Source: Octopus vulgaris (Eukaryota). Taken from it: 64,000 bases of DNA. A program made the translations under genes and the position numbers. Shown piece after piece: positions 54,140 to 64,000 of this stretch. Position 1 is the first letter of the stretch; each line of letters starts with the position of its first letter. The notes below the pieces were generated by a model that saw only the letters and a program-made list of their open reading frames with translations, searched no databases and had not been told where the DNA came from. The DNA lies in NCBI GenBank assembly GCA_951406725.2, contig OX597826.1, positions 19,902,001 to 19,966,000 of the forward strand, in the 5' to 3' direction.

Positions 54140-55310
54140 AATCATCAAGAACAAAAACAGCATTTCACTCGTATTCTAAAATTTTTATTTATGACTTGAA
54201 CTTATCATCCAAATGCCTCGATGACAAACCAAATATTTTAGGAGTGGTTTAAAGAAGTGTTCTTACTGAGTGTAAAAGAAAAGAAAAGGGAAGAATGACC
54301 TTCCGGAAGATAGCAAGTTATATTAGTATTGAATAACTGCAGAACCCACCCATGGAGCTGGGAGCTCCATAATTTTCTTAAATTTTATTATCTCTAAATG
54401 TGACAAACCTTATACAACCTTTGTATCAGGGCCTCATCCAAAGTTTGAAAATACATTATCGTCGAGATTTCCCAAGTAACCTAGTTAACTATGAAAAAGA
54501 ACCGAAAATTTCAATTTAAAGGACGGCATTTACGATACCTCTTGCATGGAATAACGTAAAATCTAAGACTTATCAATGAGAAAGTCGTGGCCGATGGCCA
54601 TTTTTAAGGTTGAAGAAGGTGCGGTTGATTTTGTGGGTTTTGGGATTACACCACAACGCGAAGTAATTAAGGAGATATGTGCATTGTAAAAGACAAAGCA
54701 AGGCGTGAATGAAGAAGAAATTGAACATTTGGTTAATATTGATAGCGATACTCCTATTGCCATATATTTGGATGATAAAGGAAGAATTTTTTATGCATTG
54801 ATATACAGCATCTAGGGAAACGAAGATGAAAAGGAATCAAAGCCTAAAGTTTCGTTGACGACGGTGAGAGAGGCACCAGATACGTTTATTTTCTTTGTAG
54901 AACAATTAACGTACATCAATGTACATGTCGTTATGCAACGTCTATCATTAAGAATAAATTTCTTCGTGATAGAACAAAGGTGTCTTGGTAAAGTGATATA
55001 AAGACACGCTGAGAAAATTTTCGGAAAATAATCCACACTTTATCCACCCTTATGGAGGCTGCTACACCGTCCACAGCTGATGTCGTAGACCTCTTTATCT
55101 CACCCCACCCTCCCTCCCAGCTCTGTAAACCTCTCTTCTTGCCTCGTCAATCCCAACGTTCCTGAAACTTCAGCCTCACCTGTCAACCAGTCTGCCACAG
55201 TCCTTGACGATGAACTCTCACAATATTTTTTTAATTTTTTCATAATACAGTATAATGTTTAGTGTTTAAACTTTAAGCCGTATAAATAATTTTATTTTCA
55301 TTACATATTC
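54140..55310 (+). mobile_element. pogo/Tigger-like transposase remnant
   Basis: LVLNNCRTH (LILDNC.AH-like), AWNNVK, and an acidic C-terminal EEEIEHLVNIDSDTP..KPKVSL. Confidence 0.55.
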
Positions 55311-56669
55311 AGTTTAGCATTTAAGTTGTATAAAATATATGTGGTAAAGCGAATTGAAGTGTTATAAAGTAAAGTTTTCCTGTTGTTTTTGATTGTTGGT
55401 ATTTGTTTATATTTTCGTAATAAGCTGTATCTTGTAGTAGGTATGATGTAATTATAGCATTCAATAATGACTGCCGCATTTCCTGTATCCTCTTCTTTAA
55501 TGACAATATTTTTGAGTTCATGTATAATTATCCATTTCTTTCGACTGATGTTAGATTTGGACTTAAGGTCTGGTAGTTCGTGATATGGGAATGAGGATAT
55601 AAAGTCATAAGATTTGTCAAATACTTTGTTTCTGGCTATTGTTAGAAACTTTGATTTCCTGCAAATGATTCGTAATTATTTTCCCTGTAAAATACCTTTC
55701 TGTGAAACGTAATTTTCTACATGTGTGGGACATCTTTAAGTATTTCATTGAAGTATTATGGCTTTGGAGTGGATTTTATACCTTTTAAGGGAATATAAAT
55801 TTGATGTATTGAAAAGTTGCTTTTGTTTTTTGTATGAAAGATTATCTCCTATCAGCACTTTCCATTTGTGCCACAGGTTGTCGCAAATCGTGTGCACTGA
55901 GTCTACTTAATGGTCTTTTAAGTTTACTTCTGTATTCGTTGACTAATTTTTTGGTTTATTTTTCTAGTATTTTCTGCTAATTTTGTTCTTTCTGTTTTTT
56001 AACTCAGTTTCAAAATTAATGAGCTAATTAGCATTTTCCCAATAACAGAAGAGATGCAACTTCTTCATTTTCGCAGTTTCTCTTTATAGTTTAATAATGT
56101 TTTAATTTGGTAAGTTTTCCAACCTTTTTCAAATTCGTCAGTTGATTTATTTTTTGTTTGTTAGAGTTTGCCCTTAGTCGTAGAAGTTCTTTTTCCATTT
56201 GGAGTTTTCTAGGGAAACATCTTCTCTTTAAACTTTCTATGTTGTCCATGTTCATTAGAGCTAGGTCAGTTTATAATTTTCTGGGAAGAACAATCTAATC
56301 TTCATATAGTTGGGCTTTGCCGTTAGTTTTCAATGTACTCCAAAAGGCAAGTTTTGTAGGTTTGAAGATTTAGTTTCAACTATATAATTATATATAATTA
56401 TATAAATGTAGTTTAAACTATATAATTATATTTTATAGAATTATATAATTATCAACATATAATTGAAAACATTTGTCTTTGCAGATTAACATTGTTGCTT
56501 TCTTATTTTGGTTAGAGATTTAGGTTCAGGATCCCGTAGCATAGTTTCTACAATTTTACATAACTGGTTTAACGTTTGATTAACTTCTGCCTGTTGAGTT
56601 CCACTTCCTCCTTCCTTAATTTCTTTGGTATGGTTCTGTGTTTTGTCAAATTTTGTAGCTAGGATTGAT

Positions 56670-57600
56670 AGTATGTAGGCGACCTCTTTCAGTTTCTTTG
56701 GAACGTTTTCGTTCGTTGTATTAACGCTTCGATTTGACTTACGCGATATTGTCGTTCCACGCGTCTTTTCAGTGTGTATGTTAACTGTGATGATCGCTCA
56801 CATTTTACCCTTAAAAGCTGAAGGCCTTTGCTGTGAAGTGTGAGCAAGTGCAGTATCTAGACTTTGTTGGTGTACGCCCCAGACTAGTAACTTTCCATTA
56901 CTTCTCTCAAGCGCCTCAGAACAGCCAATTAAAACTCTTTCGTTCAGCTGACAACGTGAAACACACTCATGTTGACTGACGCTTTTCCAACAAAAACAAT
57001 CTATTATAATACATCGCTTACAATTGTAGCGATTCTCATTGTACGATGATGGTCCCATCCACTGCAATGACTGCCTTTTCAGTTCGATTTTATAGCCATA
57101 CACTTACATTTCGTCACTTGTTATGACGCTTTTCAGAAAGTTTTCATATGTACCCTAATGATCAAACAGCTCCTGGTTGAAAGTAATTTGGTTCTTTTCA
57201 GCTGACACGGCACGTATTTACAATATCACAATGCATCCTCTTTTCATTCAAATCATGTGGGAAGAATTTTCAGTCGCCTACTTCTTTAGAAGCTTCACAG
57301 GTATCCGGCGACGGTTTCCAGAGATAGCAGTGCGCACTTTTGAAATGTGATAGGTAACCGTTGTCGCCAAACGTTGATCACACTTTGAATCGACGTTGGA
57401 AGATGTATTTCCTCGTTTGGAACACTGGCACCACATGTGACATGCATATGGATCAAACAACCTTCTCCATAGGTCTTTGGCATGGAGTGGTAACGTTACT
57501 ATAAAAAGTTTTGCTTCCTAATTTGAAACAGGTTTTCACACAAAAGTGGCCTTTTCCAAATTTTTCAGCAACTAGTGTTCTAAACAGGTGTTCACTTGAC
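56670..57600 (-). mobile_element. mariner remnant
   Basis: ITSDE..YGYKIELKRQSLQW and a KTYGE HTH remnant. Confidence 0.7.
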
Positions 57601-57726
57601 TTACGTGACGGATTCTAAGGCGGCAATTACGTTCAAAATCAACCACATACTGTACTGCAGTCGCAAGCATGATGCACTGGATTATCGGGCTGCTTGAAAA
57701 CATCTGTTTTTCGACAGATTACATAT

Positions 57727-57775
<49 letters not shown>

Positions 57776-58245
57776 CACACATACATGTATGTGTGCGGAC
57801 ATGCGTGTGTGTGTATATATATATGTACTCATACATACATACACATATAGGCATATATATATATATATACACTCAATATATACGTATATATTTCCACGCA
57901 TACAAAACAGAAATCAATGTGTGTTTGCATATGTATTTAAAAACAATTGACACATAATTGTACTATTAGCTATTAATATAATCATAAGTTTATAATGCCG
58001 CCAGTGTGTCTAGGTTTATCTACAAATATTTGTCTCAGATATTTGTAAGTCAATCATTCTTCAAATTATTCTTAATCCAACAGATCTTCAATTTTACATT
58101 GATTGTATTTATTTATGTATATATACACATGTGTGTATGTGTATTTATATATATATATATATATATGCATACTTATATGTGCGCACATACATACACACAC
58201 AAACACACACACATATATGTGTGTATCTACATCTATATGTATATA

Positions 58246-58297
<52 letters not shown>

Positions 58298-58816
58298 TAT
58301 TCATGATGTTTATATCCTAGTGCATTTCCCAGTCAACATCAAACTTACTAGAAGCGACTTAAGAAAACACACCAGATTACGAAGTCATGGACGGATATAT
58401 ATATTGGTTATCTATAATACTTGGTAGGTAAAAGCTTTCGTACAATTGGGAGCAAATAATGTATTCTTTGGTTAAAACGGGTGGAAAGCAGAGACACAAT
58501 GGAAGACTGGCTAGCACTTCGAATTTTGCTCCTGTCATTAAGTCTCTTAATCTTTAAATAACCGATTCTGTCTAAGTGCTTTGGAAGTTGTTAGGAATAC
58601 TTATAGGATCTTCTTATATTCCAATCTTAGAAATAATTCAAAAAGTCACTTACCAAATATCTATCCTACAATTTCCCCAAAGCATTTCATTATATTTGAA
58701 ACATGTAAAAAGTTGTACGGAATGTAATTAAGAAATTGAAAAGTATTTATAAAGGAACAGGCAAATGTTAATATAAAATCTATACGTTTCATAAACTAGT
58801 AGATACCTAACTTCCA

Positions 58817-58849
<33 letters not shown>

Positions 58850-59318
58850 AGAGAGAGAGAGTAGAACTGTGCCAGTGCCCAGGTCAAACGTTTTAGCAAT
58901 ACAATAATGAAATAAAACAGGTAAAGAGAAATAACTGTACATGTATATTCAAATGCTTCTCATGATTCTGCCATTACGTATGTTGTTAACTCAGGTTCAA
59001 TACACATTCTTAGATACATTAAAACTGTGATATATTCAAAACTCCTTTTTGGAATTGAATCTCGAAGTACATATAAAACTATAAATAATAGCATATAAAT
59101 ATTGGGGTGAAAAAACCCCTGTTGGATAGATAAAGTCGAAGGCTGCCATTGAGACTCGAACCCACATTGCTTGTAGACATGCTTTGGTACAATGGTAGAA
59201 CGCCCGACATGTCTGTCAAAAGACAATGTTTCTATATTATTATTTATAGCTTTATCCAATTCCAAAACAGAATTATTCTACGTCTCTCGAAAGTTTATGA
59301 ATTTTTTTAAATGCCAGA

Positions 59319-59363
<45 letters not shown>

Positions 59364-59364
59364 A

Positions 59365-59416
<52 letters not shown>

Positions 59417-59589
59417 TACGACGTATGTAAACAAGGTTTTTTTTCAAAAAAAGAAACCAAACTCTGTTTACATAGATAGTAAATATATTCACATATAGTG
59501 TTTATAAAAGCTAAATTTATAAGTTCAAAAATTGCAGGAGAATTTGCTAGTGAACAGTTTAGCTTAAAGGTGAAGCACTATGACCGGTA

Positions 59590-59730
59590 ATCACAGAGAT
59601 GTGAGTTCGAGTCTCATGGCTGGCCGCGAACAAATCTTTCTGCAATATAAGGATGTTCTCCGCTGAAGTCGACTTTGCCTTTCATCCTTTCGGGCTCGAT
59701 TAACTAAGTACCAGTTACGCAATGAAAATA
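59590..59730 (+). mobile_element. SINE family 1 fragment
   Basis: gtcgactttgcctttcatcctttcgggctcgattaactaagtaccagttacgca. Confidence 0.7.
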
Positions 59731-60109
59731 CTGTTTCGGAGATTAAACTCTGATTAATCCACGATAGATAAATAAAATGAGTAAACAAAACAGATAAATA
59801 AAATAAATAAATGAAATAGATAAATAAAAATTATGATTGAGATACATGAACATTTAAATGATTTTATATTCCAGCTTTATATACACAAGTAGTGGCATCA
59901 CAAGATCGAAGTAAGTTAATTTTTTCTTTTTCTTCATCACCATCTTCTACCCCATCTTGTGCTTTTCTTTTTTCTTCGAGACTCGAGCAAAGTGAAATGA
60001 AGTGTTTTACTTAAAAATACAACGCATCGCCCTCTCCAGGAATCGAAACCAAAATCTTACTATCATAGTTACTCGTTATTTCGTACCATTCGGCATAGAT
60101 ATCAGATCT

Positions 60110-60560
60110 GAGAACCTTTCCATATGGTCAGGCTTTATATGGGGGAAAGACCTCAAGTGTGATTCCAAACCATTTCTCTTACTTCGTTCTCTCCATAAAG
60201 TTTCACGCTTTTCCAACACAATGCATACTAATATCCACCAGATATCTAGCCATGCTGGGACTCCCAGTAATGTTGCCTTTACAGCCTTTCTTTCCGAATA
60301 TTTAGAGAAGAGAGAAGCGACCACTGAATGTTCTCAGCCTTAAATAGGTCCTTGATCCGCTAAGCTGCCTTGTCTTTCATGTACGTTTGATGGCCTTCCG
60401 TGCATCATGAAGGACATTTTCTACTTGAGCGTTAACAGCCGTCTACAGCTGACGCAGCAATATATAAGGGACTTTGTAACACTTGCGGCTAGAGCTTCAG
60501 TAAGAGGGCGTAAACTCTACCCTCCTCATCTCAATTTTCATAAATCTAGTAGAGTGGTGT
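60110..60560 (-). mobile_element. Decayed RLE LINE fragment
   Basis: Weak remnants such as VPAWLDIW and WKGSQ. Boundaries unsure. Confidence 0.35.
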
Positions 60561-60742
60561 AATTTCACTCTTTCACCTATAAATTTCACTCTTTTACTTA
60601 TAAATTCTCGTGGAGATTTCTTCAGCGAAGGATGCCTTGCTATTGTTGCTGTTGTGGTGCTGTTACTGTTGTTGGTGCTGTTGTTCCTATTTTTGTTGCC
60701 ATCGCTACCTTTGCTACGTCTTCTGCTGCAGCTATTCTTATA

Positions 60743-61043
60743 TTTACCCTACGTGCGTAAGCGAAAGCAGGGCATTGCAATTACTCGTCTTCGTCTGTTT
60801 GTCTGTGTGTTTGCAAAATTACTGGAAAACGGCTGAACGGATTTTCACCACATTTGGCAGAAATACTTATTGGGTGAGTGGCTCGAAATGATGAACATTA
60901 GGTTTGATTATCTTTAAAAAAATTTTTTTCTACTCGAACTTACACATTTCCCGTGGGTGTGTGTGCGCGCGCGCGTCTACAGTAATAGATTCGAGGGTGT
61001 CGTGTATTTACGATTTGATTTCTTAAGTTTACCGGATTATAAT
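60743..61043 (+). mobile_element. Helentron-associated (HINE/DINE-like) miniature element
   Basis: Starts tttaccct..gcgaagc..aggg hairpin, then gtctgt microsatellite and the typical aacggctgaacggattttcacc. The tail is repeated at 61388-61441. Confidence 0.5.
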
Positions 61044-62115
61044 TACCATTATTGGTGATGCCTAAAAAAATAAATAAAAATTTAAAAATCGAACTTATAA
61101 ATTTTCTGATAAGCAAGTTGATATATTATTTTGTTCACTTTCTTTTTCATGTGAATTGGCCCTTGTCTGCGTGTGTATAGACCTTGGTGTACCAATGCGC
61201 GTAGACACGTGTGGGTACATACATATATGCATACATACATACATACATACATACATACATACATACATACATAAATACATACATAGATATGAGACTCTGT
61301 GTGTGTGGGCGTGCGTGCTTGTGTGTGGGCGTGCGTGCGTGTGTGTGTGCGTGTGTGTGCGTGTGTGTATATGTATATACACTGATGGATTCGAGAGTTT
61401 CGTTTATTTACGAGTTGATTTCTTAATTTCACCGGACTATAAATACTAATAATGATGATACTTAAAAAAATTGATTCAGTCCAATTAAAAAGCATGGGTA
61501 AGCAACGCATTATAAACAACACTATAATTTGCGGAAAAGTTTATCTGCGCGCAGGGTATGTATCACCCCTCCGAATCCGTTTTTTTTTTTTTTCATTATT
61601 AATATTCTTATTTTTGGGTGGTCTTTTTGTTTTTATTGCCACTGTTGTTTGCTATTATGGCTGTGGTGTAATTTTGTGAACTATGGACTTTCAACAATGA
61701 AAACCCCCTCTATTTCCGCGCCCAGAATTATGCCTTTTCTTCAATTGCTGCTGTTGCTTTTGTTAATGTTGTTATTACTACTACTTTTCAAATTCGTTCT
61801 CCTTTCCTCTCACATGCTACACCGGTTTTTACAATTCATCTCCCACCATTCCATTTAGTTTACTGACTGTAGACGACGACGATGACGACGCCTAGTTTAT
61901 AAAAAAGTATAATTTGATAATAAACTTTGAAAACATTCCTCATAAATTTGAGCTTCGAACGGGCGACAAACGCCAAACAGCTCTACGTGTTCTGCTTGAT
62001 TTAAACACGTTATATTTCAAAAATTTCAAAAATTAGCTTCTTAAACATAAATAGACGAATAAACGTACGAGCGACTCAAAGCGACGCGTTGCACACATAC
62101 TACTACTACTACTAC

Positions 62116-62169
<54 letters not shown>

Positions 62170-62170
<1 letters not shown>

Positions 62171-64000
62171 GAGAAACCGGGGACGTTTAACATGTGAGAG
62201 CTATAAAACACTGCTCCGAAATCTATCCAAAAACATCGGAAATAAAGACATCGCATGGAGCAAAAACGTAGCTGACAAAAGGTTGGACTATATCCGAGTA
62301 AGTAATACTCATTGAAATTTAATACTATTTTCCAAACGAAATTATGTATTTTAACTGGATATCATCTCCACTGCTCGCACAGCACATGTAACTTGCTTGA
62401 TACATTACGATCCATCAACACCAGACCATGTCCGACCCCAAACACCATGTACAAAAAAATTATAAATAAACTAAATAATACCAGTATTATTCAACCCAAG
62501 AATAACAATCAAGAAGTGCGTACTTTCAACACAAAAAGTACGAAAAACTACACGTGCAAAACAATTTGACAACAGAAATGAACGGACCGATACCCTACGA
62601 AAATGATGACCGTCAAAATAAAGAGCCGGACGTTGTTCCGCATGTCCCGCAAATAAAACCAAAAAGGCATAAATGGACACGTGAGGAATATATTTCAATC
62701 CTACACGCTTACTATACAGCAGTGCTCTACCCAAAGAACGAAAACACCACAACATATACATATAAAATCTGGATGAAAAATAACCTAAATAAAGACTTGG
62801 AGACAGCAATGAACCCTAATAAACTAGCTAACGTACGAAGATATATTCTCAACGCAAAAAAATATCGGAAATAGAAATAGAACATTTAAAAGAAATAATA
62901 CATCAGGAAAATGTAGATAGAAGCTACACAACAATGCCAAATAATATAAACACTGAGATAGTGAAACACGAAGACAGACATAACATTTCCATCAAAAACG
63001 AAGTAAACAAAAAACAACAAACCCAGACCGTAGCGATGTATAATAATGTACAAATGCACCAATCCAGAACACCACAGAATATGAATGAGAAGGAAGGCGA
63101 AACAAATCTAAAAACCTGGAAACAACGAAAGGGAACCTAATGATTATAATACTATAAAAATGAAAATAATCAAAGAACTGAAAACCACAGATCTCAGAAT
63201 GGACCACCGACCATACCTCCCCAAAATCAAAATAGACAATAAAACAACAATAATAAGTAGCATAAACCTGGCCTTCACGGAACTAATAGCCACTGAAACA
63301 AATGGCAATATCACTGAGATAAATTACTTAGTATATGCAGCAGCTACTGCAGCCACAAAAGAAGGTGGATACACCCTCAAACCCATCCAAACAGGAGTAA
63401 CACCACCCAAACAAACCCTGTGGATAAATAATATTTTTAAAAAAACTTTTAAAAAGAGAAAATATCTATCGATTCTTAACGAGATTAGTAGACAATCAAC
63501 ACTACTAAGTAACAAGAAGAAAAAAATACTAAACATATTTACCTGAAGTAAAAGAAAAGCTAAAGCAAGATATCCTTGCCAAAACACAAAGGATCCGCCG
63601 GTATGGAGACGCCAACGTCTCTTTGAACAAAACAAACAGTTCAACTCCAACCCCAAAAAGTTCTACCAAGAACTTGGCTAAAATAAAATAGACATCACTG
63701 CAGCACCAACGGCAGAAGAAGTGGTAGAATTCTGGAAAGAAATATGGTCGGCGAATGAACAACTTCAGAAAAAGACTATTAAAACAACGAACTTAGCATC
63801 TGAGCAACTCTGGACCCCTATAACAACTGAAGAGCTCATCCAAGCACTGCAAAGACTAAGCAACTGGAAGGCACCTGGGCACGACAAGATCCCCAACTTC
63901 TGGTTAAAATATCTGACAAAAAGCTGGCTGAAAACTTTAATGACATACTAGCAGAGCCAGAGACAATGCCTGAATGGCTCACGAAAGGGAAAACTATCTT
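62170..64000 (+). mobile_element. 5' portion of a Dong/R4-like LINE starting in a (TAA)n array
   Basis: KRHKWTREEYISILHAYY, INYLVYAAATA, RIRRY..QNKQF..NPKKFY, SNWKAPGHDKIPNFWLK. Preceded by (TAC)n(TAA)n at 62097-62169. Confidence 0.88.

Noticed and set aside
55330-56660. T-rich strand-biased block suggesting an old minus-strand retroelement
   Set aside because: I could not identify any diagnostic protein motif by eye.
58652-58720. Minus-strand gtaagt donor with an upstream ATG
   Set aside because: No convincing acceptor, promoter or coding motif, so it cannot be assigned to a gene.

Overview
AT-rich, microsatellite-dense metazoan DNA. The SINE families look like those of Octopus/cephalopods (from recall, not a search). 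The one host gene I can reconstruct is on the minus strand, about 36.9 kb to 14.8 kb. It has a TATA box and Inr, a signal peptide split over two small exons, four phase-1 exons each encoding one PAN/Apple domain in A-B-A-B order, and a short stop exon, giving a predicted secreted protein of about 368 aa. The rest is mostly decayed transposable elements: mariner, DD37D and pogo DNA transposons, RTE, Tx1 and Dong/R4-like LINEs, Gypsy derivatives, Helitron-like miniatures, at least three tRNA-SINE families, and Penelope-like (GIY-YIG) remnants. Around the Penelope remnants are about nine type I hammerhead-ribozyme-like motifs, several in inverted-repeat or palindromic arrangements. Intron 2 of the gene holds a multi-layer nested TE stack. 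Most ORFs in the supplied track are microsatellite or TE artefacts. TE boundaries are approximate unless TIRs or TSDs are cited.
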